Numbered from the stretch's first letter, positions 15,280-38,966 are shown. The stretch is DNA of 64,000 nucleotides from Blastocystis sp. Blastoise (GCA_039096225.1 JBBPEB010000015.1:682001-746000), one strand, 5' to 3'. The notes: generated by a model from the letters alone, not told the origin. Program-made: numbers and translations.

Positions 15280-16816
15280 GAATAGTATAATTAATAACTG
15301 ATATTATATAAATAAATATATATACATTAAATTGTCCAGCTTGTTCTCCTCTCTTTAATGAAATAGGAGTATCATAGATTTTATCGTAACATACTCTCTT
15401 ATTAGGGTGTTGACCAAACTTATTCGTTTTAAATCCATTTTCAAATGGAAGAGTAATAGAACCAACATTATAAGCACCAATAAAAGAAAGAGAGAAGAAA
15501 CCATGCATCCAATCACCTTTTAAACACTATATAAATATAAATATATATTAATATATAAATAAACATACAACACGTTCATTAATAGCTAAAAGATTCTTTA
15601 CTCGAGTCATATAAGATTCTTTTACAGGTAATACATAACCTATATATATATATAAAATATTAATAATAGTAAAATTATATTACTACTCATATAGTAGACG
15701 TAGTATATAATAAATATGATAATATATATGATAATAAATATGATAATATACCAGGATAATGAAGTCTTTCTTTGACATCGAATTGCACAGGTGTATGTAC
15801 ACGATGATAATCTGAAGGAGATAAGTATATAACTACACTATACAGATAACGAGGATCATCTACTTCACTATCTATATATATAAGATAAATATATAATAAT
15901 ATATAAAAAAATAATAAAAATAAATACTTTCTGCTCTGACAACTGTTTCAGCAGGTAAAAATCCGAAGAAATCCTTAAGTGAATAACGAATACCTTTTAC
16001 TTGATTTACTTGAATATTCTTATCTAAAGGATCATTCTATAGACATAAATATATAATAATATATAGACATATATAATAATCTATAAATATAAATATATAA
16101 TAATAAAATAATTAAAAAAAAATAATAATAATAATAAATATAATAATATATACTCTATAGACCGAGACAATACGACCATCGACAGGAGATACGATCGCAT
16201 TAGGATTCTCACAAATAGGACGTACCTAAATATAATAATAATATTAACAATAAATATATATATATACTCCTTCTTTTAAGGATCGTGTAAAGAATTCTCC
16301 AGGTGTTTGGTAATCTTCAAAAGATCCCCTATAAATAAATTTTAATATTTATTAAAATTACAAAAATAAATACTTCATTTCATTAGTGTTAATGTTAAGT
16401 TTTTCAGCAACATAAGTATATATAGATTTTCTCATAGAAATTGGACTATATATTTCATATAAATAGTCTGAGAAAACATAAAATAAAAACATACATATGA
16501 ACTTTACATGCAAGGCCAGTTAATCTACTAACAGTTCTGTTATATAAAGCATTATGACTCTTAAGCTATAATATATATAAAATAGAATTTAAGAAATAAT
16601 ATTGATGAAAAAATATACTTGTTTGGGAGTGAATGTAGCCATTTCAACAGGAGTAGGATCATCAAGAGAATTTATATATTGATCTCTATCAGGTGGAAAA
16701 CGCATATTGTAGTATGCAACACCACCAAGAGCAGTTGCACCTAAATTGGAAAATATATTAATAAAAAGAATATCAGAAACCATACCTAATGTGACAGGAA
16801 GGAAGAATCGTTTCAT
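14721..16816 (-). CDS. PSD1: Phosphatidylserine decarboxylase proenzyme (PSD1/PISD type), multi-exon
   Basis: SPVDGRIV, QVKGIRYSL, IYLSPSDYHRVHTP, NERV, FIGAYNVGSI and the autocleavage motif FN-LGST-VVLIFE. Confidence 0.93.
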
Positions 16817-18397
16817 TATATTATTAACGAAATCAGTAAGATTTAAACCACAAAGAAAAATAAGACCAAACCAAAATAACAAATCTGTTAGAATTACAAA
16901 ATATTTGTGAATTGAGAGATAAAGCGCGGAATCTACTAAAATCCCAGAAATATCGGATAAGGCAGCGAACATTTTGTTGAGATGTCAAAAAAATCAAATT
17001 TTTATTTTACAATTATTTACTTGATTAGAAAGGGAAGTGTTTTTTCTTTTTTATTTCTTTAAATACACAGTATATAGCAAAGCTTTTTCGAAAACTTATA
17101 GTTCAGTATATGGACCTGAAACTCTTGCAGTCGAAAAGATAAATATAATAAAAAGTGATGAGTTTACTATAATAAAAACAAAAAAGATGAAATGGCATTA
17201 GATATTGTCATTAGTATTTCTGGAAATGGAGGAATATTAGCCAATCATATTGTGACACCTTTTTATTTTTTTTATAGTAATGACGTGTTCTTTTTAAGGT
17301 CTACGTCAAGATATAGACTATGACGTGGCTATTTACTACAATCTAAAGAAGAAGAAAACATATAACAAAACTTGTTCTTTAAAAATAATAAGCAATTCTC
17401 TGAATTGTTTGTTCTGTTGCCTTTTTTTTATTTAATTGCAAATATAAATGTAATCTTTATCATATGTGTAATGAGGAGACGCAACAAAAAGTTTGCTAAA
17501 CTACATATGTATTCGTAATTTTTCTGTATTTTAAAAAATTAGTTTGAAATTAGTAATATGATTATGATTTAAGTTGATTCACATGCTGATGAATAGTAGA
17601 TCTAACTTGGATTATTGTATTTTAATAATTCGAGACATTGAACTGGCTTTCTAGTTTATAGTAACAAAATGATTTTAAATTGATAAAAAACTTGAAATAT
17701 GTAGCAATTAATAATATAATAAAAATACGTAAAGTATGATAACAGTAATACTTTTGAGTGCGATACAAAGCCAATATTATTATTGATTCTATCATTCAAA
17801 AGAATGATATTATAATAAAACACTTTTCTAATTAACAAATAGTTTTATCTTGTGTGTCAATAATAATGATACTCATATTATGTTTAAAAATTGAATTGAT
17901 AGAAATACAAAACAAAAAACTAATAATGAAATTGAGAATAAAACATGAAACAATAGACAAACAATACTATAAGTTAATTCTTTTAAAAAACAGTAAAAAG
18001 GATTGTATATAATAGATATATATGAATGAATCTATATATAGTTAGAATGATAATTTAACATGATATATAATATATTAACGAATTCTTTATAAAATATTAA
18101 AATAAATAAAACAATAGAAAGATAGAAGCATAAGTTAAAAACATCTAATATTAAAAAAAAAGAGCAATAAATAAAATAAAAGATCTAAGAAGAAATCTAT
18201 ATGAATTGTAAAGAAGAAGAAAAGGGAAAGACTCAGAGGATAAGTAATAGAAATATGTGAATATATATAAATCGAACAACAGAAAAAAGAGGTCGTATTT
18301 AAATATATATAAGGAATTGTGACAATAAACTCATGGAACAGATAGAATAGATATATAAATATATATATATATATATAGAAATATGATTTTATATGAT

Positions 18398-23555
<5,158 letters not shown>

Positions 23556-23664
23556 CCTTAATCTTTATTTCTTACAAGAATAAGTGATAGTATTGAAAGA
23601 AAAGATTATCGAAATTATACAGGATTATTGTCGTATTTGACGACATTTTTTGAGGTTTTTTAAA

Positions 23665-23718
23665 GAGATAATTCATACTCAGCATAGTATTGTTGAAAAC
23701 TTGATAGTCAGCATAGTG
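23665..23718 (+). repeat. Left TIR
   Basis: GAGATAATTCATACTCAGCATAGTATT (27/27 match to the reverse complement of the right end) followed by AAAACTTGA.AGTCAGCATAGTG. Confidence 0.95.
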
Positions 23719-25094
23719 GTGTGGGGAATATTTTTCATACCGATAGTATCTGACTACTGTAAATAATTACGGGGGAAAAATTAATAAATAGAAATATGTG
23801 ACTCTAATATATATGCATATATAGTATATCTATATGTATATAATATATAATATATTCACATATACCTCATATTGATGAATATTTTCTCAATTAACGTTTA
23901 ACAAGATTATCAATTGATGCTAATTCTGGATAAAAGGTATATATTCAGCATATAAATGAAGATAAGACTAATATCCAACAAAGGGTAATTTTAAAATGGA
24001 CTAGTAAGCATTTTATAAAATGGATTCATTTACTAAAATCAAGAATTCTCTAGAGAACGTTCTTGTCTTAGTCTAATTGCAATTGATTTCTATAAAATGA
24101 TATATATAATAAAATATCAGTATGAGTATGATAAGAATGGCTGATTTCTTTAGATATTTGAATAGAGTTGATATTATTATGTAATTATTTTTTACATAAC
24201 TTATATATATATAATATATGTTGACTTAGCATCTTTGATTCATTTTAAGCCACATTAATGTAATTGTCCTTTGTAGCAGTTAGAATTTTTAATAGCATGT
24301 TTGTATTTATATATCTTATTATAAAAAGTTTTCATTAACCTATCAATAATAAATAATGTTACTACAAAGAGAACCACATAATGAATGCATTATGAGCTTA
24401 GAAACGTTAATAGCTATGTGTTATCAATTATTTATTGATTATAAAAATACATTTTGATCATATAAACCACATTTTATATGTATTGAGTAATTTATACGAA
24501 ATCTAATTAACGGATATATTTAACAAAACTCTTTTATATACACTTAAATGTTAGTGTAATATGTGATATACAATAAAAAAGAACTTCGAACTTTATTCAG
24601 AATTTTATTAGTTGTGTAGTATTCACGCATCTTAGTGCAGTAAAACAATGATGTGTTGTAATTAGAATAAAAAAACAAATTATTATAATAATTATGGTAA
24701 ATATAGTATTATAACACCTATAGAAATATAAAGAATATTCCTATAATAAAATAGTATAGTTGTTAAAATATTTTTGTTTATATATATTAAAAACAATTTA
24801 TATAATAAATTTCCAAGAAGTCAAATAACATAATTTGTTGAAATCAATACATATATATATTATAAGATAGAACGTTATTGAAAAAAGAAAAAAGAAAGTA
24901 TATAAAACTTTAGAGAAAGTACATTAGATAATGAAATAGTGAAAGAAGAACTGTTAGTATTCATCAATATTCAGGGATATAAATATAAATATAATACCAA
25001 ATATATCATTAATTATCTTTATAGAGACATAGGCTACAAAGAAATAAAAATTTGAAAGAGTTTTAGTAATAGACGTAGAGCTCTTTATATATGT

Positions 25095-25362
<268 letters not shown>

Positions 25363-27437
25363 TAATTAATTATATATTTATATATATATATAATTTATAA
25401 TAATAATATGGTAGTATAAATATATACAATGTCAAATAAATGAAAAGACAGAAACAAGCAAATAACCCTACTCATAGAACATTCATCAGACGTTTAATAA
25501 TAATTGAAAGTAAAAATTGTGTTGAATAAACTATCTATATACATATATATTAAATAAAAATAATCCAGGAGTAAATACATGACATATAAAACAATGATAA
25601 TAGCTAATTTATATATATAATATATAAATAAAAACAAATATGAATAGTATAAGGAAAGAAACAACAGTAATAAATGAGGAATAGTGCTAAAAACATTCCA
25701 TAATAATCTTAAGACATCGAAAACTAGCACAAGATTAAACAGAGCAAAGCATTAGGAAATATATATATAAGCATTCGAATAATTATATGTAGATATATGT
25801 ATATATATGATAAAGATAGAGATAAAAGAAACATATATAATGGATTAAGATTTAGGAAGAAGTTATAATTATTAATATTCTATAAAAATTGAAATCAAAT
25901 AAAAACAGATATAAACAAAAAAAAAATACATATATTTTATAAATACAAGATGTAGATATGAATAAGGAGATGAATAATGACATGTTTCGGAAATTAAAAA
26001 TATATAAAAAGAACTATATAAATATTATGAGACCTAGAGAGAAACATATATATAAACAGATTTCTCAAAACATATATAAAGAATGAGAAAGAAAGATTTG
26101 ATTGAATAAAAAGAAAAAGCGAAAACATGATAAACAATGGAGATATATCTTTATATAAGAAGAAGACTATATATACCTAGTTTCAGAGTTCTAGAAATAA
26201 TAATAAAAACATTAATCACTTAGACGTACAAAACGATAGGAGCATGTACGAAAACATAACTAATAATATACTATATATAGAAAGAAATAAACTGAAATAG
26301 ATAAAAATTGATATTATTATATCTGAAAGATGAACTAGTATATATAAAAATATATAGATACATAACTAGATATAGAATTAAATATAAAAGAATATAGACA
26401 AATATATAAAGAATAAAAATAAAAGAAAATATGGACGTGTTGATACCTTATGAATATAGATAAATAGAAGAATACAACATTTGAAATTACAAATAAAGTC
26501 AAAGAATCTAGTCTTTGTGGTGTATAACTAAAACTAGAAATCTATATAAGCATATAATAATAAATATTGACTATATATATATATCATAAGAATAAATACT
26601 ATAGATAAGGAAAAATAAAATAGCATCATACATAGATGATACTGATGTAGTATAACTGTAGAATATTAAGTATTTAGGAAGTTCTAATTTCTACATATTC
26701 AAAAAAATGCTATATGAATAACTTACAATATATAAAATATAAACTGAAATGGTAAAAACATAAATTCATAATTTAATATATTTAAAAACTAAATACTAAT
26801 AGTAGAATAAAGGAGACTAAAAAGAAAAGTATATATGATATAGCATACATATTATAACCATTTAAGACCTAAATAATTCTTACATGATTGATATATTGAG
26901 CAATATTTATTATATATCTGGATAAATAAGAATACATAACTATAAATATAAATAAGTATATATATGTAGCATAGAGAAAATCATAATAGAAATAAAAACA
27001 TACATAATGCTGAATAGCATAAATGTTTCTATAGAAAATATTCATATGGACATATCGAAATTATAATATATATAAATAAATAAATATAATTATTTTAATA
27101 AAAAAAATAACTCAATAAATATAATACAATGTATTTGCAATAATAGTATAAAAAGGTTTATATAATAACCAAATTAATATATATATGAATTCATTTGAAG
27201 AAATGGAAGAAATTGTATATAAAAAAAAGTAAACAGGAGAAATAATAATACTATTATTAATATTATTAGTATTAGTTTTATTATTATATATATTCATTAT
27301 ATACGTTTTAAATTTATTTACAAGAATAATACTTATAATATTCAAATATATAGACAAATTTAGTGCTTTGATATCTAAACATAAGTATCATGATACCAGT
27401 ATATATAAAGTTATTATAGCAGAGAAAGAATAAACTA

Positions 27438-27530
<93 letters not shown>

Positions 27531-27531
27531 C

Positions 27532-27568
<37 letters not shown>

Positions 27569-27689
27569 GTATAATAATAATAAGTATAATAATAAGTATA
27601 ATAATAAGTATAATAATAAGTATAATAATAAGTATAAATATAATAACTACATAATAATAAATATAATAATAATAAACATAATATACGTG

Positions 27690-30905
<3,216 letters not shown>

Positions 30906-32857
30906 TCATGCTATGACTAATTTCAACTAATTATTTATCAAGAATAAATCAATTTGATATTATCTAGTCAATATAAAATATTGCTGAAAAATTGCTGAGT
31001 TGCTTCAAAAAAGATTAAATTTTTTTTTCATGATGTTATTCATATAAGCTGAATTGAACGATTTGATAGTGATTTTATTCATTTAAATAATACTATAATG
31101 TTAAATAGTACAACTAATATATTATTTAGTAATCAATGATTTCTACTTCTTTTTTATATGCCTCTAAACATATAAATTATCCACCATTGTAAGTTAGAAA
31201 CGAATTTTTAATATTTATACACTTCTGATAGCTTTCTTTAAAAACATAATGGGATGATTGTGACACAAAATTAGATTTTTTTATATAATAAATAATTCTT
31301 ATCGTATATTATATTAATAGAAATATATTTATCATATTTAATAATAAACTAATGACTATTTTGATAATTTGTGTAGCATAAAAAAACTCTTTTAGTTTAT
31401 TTTAATGTATTCTATAACTTGTACACAACAGGGATAATTCAATTTTTTATTATAAAAGGTCAGATGGAAAAATGATTCTTCGTGAATAGTTTAATTTCAA
31501 TTATTGAATGCAAATTTTGTATTTTTCGTGTATTCCTTTTCATTTTTTAGTGTCAAAAGGAGCAATAAATGCTTTTGAGAAAATTAATGATGTCTAAATG
31601 ACGTTAATCGCTTATATTCTATGTCCTTGTGTTTCAATAAACAATAGTACACTATCAAATAATGCAAATAAATATTTTTTTTAATTTTATCTCAAAATAT
31701 GAGATTTAATAAGTAATAAGCTTAGTAAATTATTTTTTATTCTTTATTTTTCTTTTTTTTTTTAATTATTATTTTATATTGAATGGATTATAGCATTTTC
31801 TGCTTTATTATTAGTAGTAGTATTCAAATTGAGGCTTTATTGATAATAAAACCTTTCATGTTATCTAATTCATTTTTTTAATATTTTTATATAGTCAATT
31901 GAACTGTTGGATTGAATCGAACAATGAATTCAAAGGCAAACAATCACTTTTTAGGGAGTTATTATTATGTTACAGTTCAATTCATTTTCCGATCTATCTC
32001 AATTAATTTAGTATACACTATTATCATACTCTATTTGTTATAGCTATTATAATATCATGTAATTTTTATGTTATTTTAATATTTTATTTTTTAAATATAT
32101 TCTTAAAACATGATAATAACTTGTTCAATTGTTATAGAACATTTAGCCACTTCTATTTTAATTAATTATTTATATATAGAAAAGCTTTTCTTGAATATGA
32201 ATGCATTACCAATCTACAAAGTTGGTTCAAAAGCTACTATTTTTTTTTATTGAATCTGTTATTTTGCTACATGTGGTATGTTTCTGTATGGATAGTTGTT
32301 TTGATTAAAAAAGTGATTCTTGATGGAAATGATGTCTGATTGTAAGCCTTTAAAGTATCTTAAGAGTTTATCAAGCACTTCAGCATGCTATGCTTTTGGT
32401 TCTATTTATTCAATGACTCTAAAATATATAGTTTTTTTTTGAATCAGTTGATTTAGTTGTATTCACTCATAGTTTAAATGAATCTCATTGTGTTAATGAA
32501 TGGAAAATCGTATTATCTAGATTATTACTAATGTGAAATAGATTAAATTTTTAAGAATCTGTACTTGAACCATAATTACAGATGCTCGAAGTTATTTACC
32601 ATCTGATAGAGAATTCTTGTTTGAATACGAATACAATATGAATTAAGAATAATCAGTATATGAAAACAGATTCCAATGACTTTATATGTTGTATCAAGAA
32701 CATTTTTCAGTAATGTTGATCAAAATGGGGGTATACATATAATGAAGTATGCTGTGTAAATAAGAATTGAAAATTAAACAAAATACAAAAAATAAGAGAA
32801 TATGCAAATATATGACATATAAAGAAAAAAAATAGATCGATAATATATAGATAATAT

Positions 32858-32947
32858 ATAGATTGATAATATATAGATAATAAATAGATTGATAATATAT
32901 AGATAATAAATAGATTGATAATATATAGATAATAAATAGATTGATAA
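32858..32947. repeat. 26-bp tandem repeat ATAGATTGATAATATATAGATAATAA, ~3.5 copies
   Basis: Direct. Confidence 0.8.
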
Positions 32948-33682
32948 CATATTAATATTTAATATACAGATAATATATAGATAATATATAGATGATATAT
33001 GCAAAATATATAGATAAAAAAGATTGATAATATATATACTGATAAATAGGTAATCTATAATATATATATATATATATATATCAAGTGATAGAAAATAGAT
33101 AAATATATAGATAATATATAGATAGAAAAAGTATATATATAGTAATATGAAATAAGATGCTATACAAATAGTATGTATGTATAAATGTATGAATAATATA
33201 TATATAATATGAGAATAGATATATATAAATATATAAAAATATATATATATAGAAAACAGATATAAATCAATAGATAACATATATAATATGAAAATAGATA
33301 AATATATATATATTTAAAGAATATATAGATAAATGAATAATATATATGTTTACAGAGAAAATGATAGAAAATAGATAAATGTATAAATAGTATATAAACA
33401 AATCTATATATAGTATAGACGATATATATATTTTATAGTCATATAAAAATAGATAATATATATATATATATATATATAGATAATAGAGAGTAGAAGTTAG
33501 CTAATATGTAGAAATATATATACTGATATATGATAATATGAAATAGATAAGTATATGAACATGTATAAATATAGATCAATAGCTAATATATATATAGTAA
33601 CAAGAGAATAGAATGCAGATAAATAACTTTATATAATAAGAGTATATATATATAGAATTCTATATATATATATATATATATA

Positions 33683-36600
33683 TTAAAACTTAAAGTCGTG
33701 AATTCCAATCTGATCTTCATATGGAACTGCTCTTTTAACATAAGGTACCTTTCTTTTTCTTTTGGTCATGCTTTCTTCACTTTTTCGTTTCATTCTGTTC
33801 ACTTGTGGTTTCCCTCTTGATTGTAGAGCATACGATGGTTTTAGGATTTTTACATGTGGATTAGATTCCAGAACAGATTGATCAAGTAACCTATGGATAT
33901 AGATATTATAAAATGATGTTATACAATATATTCTTATTACTATGTATATAGATATTAATATAACTAATCCATATGATATATATTATATATGTATAGATTA
34001 AAAATAAACTACGATAATAATATATATAGAAAATATTGTGAAATGAATATAAAATGGAATAATAGTATTATTAATTGATTGCAAATATAATGAATAAATA
34101 ATGGGATTATATATATATATATATATATATATGATTATAAAAATATAATTAAAGAATATTTGAATAATAATACATATATGATTCTATTCACAATAAAAAT
34201 AAATAACTTATAATTTATTTAATAAGATTAGTTTTCTATAAACAAATAAGTATATATAATGAGAAATTATATTTCTAAATAGATATATAAAAACAAATTA
34301 TAAATTAGAATCATATAGGAAATAAATTTACAGAAATTTTTTTATAATAAATAACATATATAATACATATGTCAATATGCATATTATATTAAAAAATCAT
34401 TAAAAATTTACTATAAAGAATGTGTATTATACATATTAAAAAAATAATAAAACAACTATATATATATAATATAGAATATAAAATCAATATTCTTTTATCT
34501 TAAAAAATAAAATAGTAATATATCTTATCCAGAGTATTAAATAAATATTATATTAAAATATACAGAAAAAAAAAGCTTTATAAAATGTAAACTAATATTT
34601 ATATATTAATATAATAAACTATAAGAAAAGTTAAATATAACATCATTATAAATATAAATCATGATGTATACTATAAGTATTAATAAAAGTATTTATTTAA
34701 AAATTATATTATTACATGTAATAAATAGTATATATGATGAACAATAAGTATCAATAAAAGTATTTATTTAAAAATTATATTATTACATGTAATAAATAGT
34801 TTATATGATGAATACAATAAGGATAAGAATTAAAAATATAATATAATAATGAAATAATTCTAATATTTATAGCAATAAATAATATATACTTTGGCTTATA
34901 ATTTGCATATTGAGAGATATATAAATTGTTATTTATACTCTTCAATATTGGAGGAAGGATCTTATCATCAATTGTTTTGGTGTTTAACAAGTGTTTTATT
35001 AAAATAATGGCATGCTTACATGGTGTATTCTTATTCTGAAATTCTTTGCAGGAGCACTTCATAAGTGATAAATCCACTTCATATTCTACACCGTCGTTAA
35101 TATATGCACTAATTCCTTTGTTTATATCGGTTATATGGTATTTCTCTTGACATATTTTTGTATATATTTTTTCGAAGTAAGGTAATAATAGTTTATCTTT
35201 TGGAATGTTCTGCATAATGGCTATTTGCTTATTGAGACCATAATTATAAATTGAAATGAACATAATATGAAGGGGAAGATTACGGTATTTCTTCAAAATT
35301 CTGTTGTAGCTTTCTGCTACACTAGATGATATATACCATCTACATATGTTTTTGTACTGACTTTGACTCTTCTCATTGTTCTGCCAAACATCCATAATCT
35401 TATTTCTAATTTCAATATTTGTTATTTTTTGTGATACTTCTTGAGCTTCGAAGAAAGTATCTGATTTGTAGCAATCTATAATGTATCTTTTGGTTTGAGG
35501 ATCTATAGCTAAATAATCCTGAAGAAGATGGAAGAAGCACAAGATATGTGCACTATCAGGGAAAACATTCTTCACAGCACTTTTAATGCCCTTTGCTTGG
35601 TCTGACATGAAAGTAAAATCAATTCTTGGATAAAAGGTATTTAATAATTTCTTTAGGGGGGTTAAAATTGAAATCCAAGCTTCCTCGCTTTCACTAGGGT
35701 AAAAACCAAAACCTAAGCACATACTTTCATGGTTCACATTTACTGCTATAAAAACATATAATAACTAACAATATAATGGATATGATAATATAATATATAA
35801 TATAATATATAATATATAATAGAATATATAATATATAATAGAATATATAATAAATAATAGAATGCATAATATATAATATATAATAGAATATATAATATAT
35901 AATAGATACTATGATATATTATATAATATAAAGGATAATATATAAAATAGTGTATAACATTTATTACAATAGATGACTTCAAAGAAGATATAGAAGAATA
36001 TATATCATAGAAAAAGTATAATAGATAGTATAAATGGAAATAAATAATTCAACAGCTAGTACTTAATAAAAAGAGACTATATGATGTATATTTTAAAAAA
36101 TAATAGAAAAGATAATATACAATATATAATATAGAATACAAATGATAACATAAACATAAATAAATTATAATCAATACAAATGATAATAGAAAAGATAATA
36201 GGTAGAAAAATTATTAATATAACTGATAATATGAGATATAATATAATAAACAATATAAATAGTAATATGTTACATAATTGAAGATAATATAATAGACAAT
36301 ATAATATAATTGACAATATAATAAATAATTTATATATATTACATAAAAAATATATTATAAAAAATAATAGAATTGATAAGATGATATATATATACCAGTA
36401 ATAACTAGTGTTACAGTTGAACCCAATCCCATAAAAGTGCCGTCGAGGAAAATCACTGGTGGAGAATACTTTAATAGCTTTATATTTTCAGCTAACATAG
36501 TGGCGCAGCACAGAAGTTTGTTATTAATAGAATCATCTTCGATTTCAGTATTAACAAATTGGATAGTTTGAAATGCTTTCTTATTATCTACTTTCTTTCC

Positions 36601-38755
36601 ATCATATAATTGATAAAATGCTTGATTATAAGTATTTATATTGTTAATACCCTCAATTATTTGAGGGATAAAACTATAAGAATTATCATTTGCAGTAAAG
36701 AAGGAAGTGACAGAGTAATATATTTGATTATAGTTTAGATTAGGAAATAGAAGCTTAATATCATTTATCGTATCTTTTATAGTCATAGATCTGTACTTTT
36801 TGTGACATTCAAGATAGCAAGATACAAAAGTAGAATTAAGAGGATCCTTAAAGATGTTCTTGGTACTTTTATCAACATATGCAATGTTTACACTATCTTT
36901 TAGATTATTAATTAACTTCTGAAAATCTTCAAATGAAACCGTTCTAATTGAATTATCTACATCATTTAAAGATCGTTTATTTAATGCGTTAGCTAATAAT
37001 TGATTTTCATCATCATTAAAACCTATATATGTATATATATATAATTATATTACTAGTAATAGTATTAATATACCTTTTATATTATTTAGTGTACCTATAG
37101 TATCATTATTCATAATATCATCGTTGGAAATTGTATTCACAAGATTATTATTAGTATTAGTGTTAGAAGTATCATTATTATTATTAGTAATGGAATTATA
37201 ACCATTATTAGTATTAGAAGTATCATTATTAGTATTAGAAGTATCATTATTAGTAGTATTCAAAGTATTATTATTAGTAATAGAATTATAACCATTATTA
37301 GTATTATTAGTATTCAAAGTATTATTATTAGTAACAGAATTATTAGTAGTAATAGAATTATAACCATTATTAGTATTAGAAGTATAACCATTATTAGTAT
37401 TAGAAGCATCATTATTAGTAGTATTCAAAGTATTATTATTAGTATCGTCGTTATTAGTAATAGAATTATAACAATTATTAGTATTAGAAGTATCATTATT
37501 ATTATTAGTATAATCATTATTATTAGTATAATCATTATTAGTATAATTATTGTTAGTATCATTATTATTATTAGTATAATCATTATTAGCAGGAATATAA
37601 TCATTAGTACTCATATTCATGTAAGTATTATCATTCATAGTATCTTCATTATCACTATTATCATAATCCATATATAAATTATATATTTCATTATTCTTCA
37701 CTGAAGGTTCGTATTGTTTTCTCATTCGTTCCATAGTATCATCAATAAATGAAGATATGAATACTTTGTTTGCTTCATTATCATTCAAAGAATTAATTAT
37801 TCTTTCTTCTTCTGGAGTAAATTTTTCTTCTAAAATATCTTCTTCATAAATATTTTGTTCGCTATTCATTAGTAATATATTAGAGGAATTAATATTTTTA
37901 TTTAAATTTGAAATTATACCTTTATAATCAGAAGATGAAGTAATCTCTCTAGTATCATTAAAATTCATAGTATCTTTTGGACTATCATTAGATACTATAA
38001 TGTTTGTATTTTCTGACTGGAGCAATTTCCAAAAATAATTATACACGGATTTTCTAATTCTATTTCCATTCAAAATTTCAATATAATTTGTTATAATTTT
38101 TGAGCACTTCTATATCAGAATACATTCGTAATGATAAAAAATAATGTATTATAACTTTAATAAAAGAATAAAAAGTAAATGACAAGTAAATGATTAAGTA
38201 TTAAATAAAAAAAAATGTTTAAATATATATATATATACATCTGTATCGTGATTGTGAAAATGGGTAATGTTGAAAGAACCATCATGATAAGTGTACTGGA
38301 CAACGAAATTACATTCCATGATCGGACAAATAAAACGTATCGTTGTTTTGTTACTTCTTTCTATAAGTAATGAGTAACCGTTTACATGGGACCAGAGTCT
38401 AATGAATGATTCCACTTCTGGTCTTGAATTGAATGTCTGACAAATGTTGAACCTCTTATAAAGACCGATGTTTCTTCCAATTATAAATGGATATGCCATG
38501 CTTTTTGTAAAGAAACCATTAAAATCATTTTCTTTTATAAGTGACTCGACATTCATTGCTTGCTTTTTCGAAAATCTATTAGCTGTTGCTTTTGTTAATT
38601 GATTTATTGTTATGTTGCTTTGTTTATGTCTCTAAAGAATCGATAAAACCATTTTTAAAACATACTGTCAGCATTTCCGGGATGTGAGCCTTGTACTGCT
38701 CTAAATCTTCTGTTTTTATGTCATCTATGATCTTGTCTAGGTCAAAGTCTGACAT
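33683..38755 (-). CDS. MULE (MuDR-family) DDE transposase with N-terminal zinc-finger DNA-binding domain and SWIM finger; 6 exons, ~1069 aa
   Basis: Exons 38755-38666, 38631-38239, 38109-37074, 37022-36396, 35745-34890 and 33890-33683 total 3210 nt, all GT-AG, frame open. Motifs: FNSRPEV..RFICPIMECNF..HNH, IFLDGTF, FMSDQAKG, HILCFFHL, VAESYN, CSC..CKH, RGKP. Confidence 0.93.
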
Positions 38756-38911
38756 TTTTGTATATATTTAATAATACAAGCAAAATAATTAAGAATTCAA
38801 TTTTGCCTCTTTAATTGTTGAAAAAGAACAATGATTATTTTATTTGATTTTTGTATTATAAAAACATTGCCGAATTGTTATTAACCCCGTGGGACAGTCG
38901 TCTATGTTTTT

Positions 38912-38966
38912 CACTATGCTGACTCTCAAGTTTTTATATAATACTATGCTGAGTATGAATTATCTC
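38912..38966 (-). repeat. Right TIR
   Basis: Reverse complement reads GAGATAATTCATACTCAGCATAGTATTATATAAAAACTTGAGAGTCAGCATAGTG. Confidence 0.95.
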
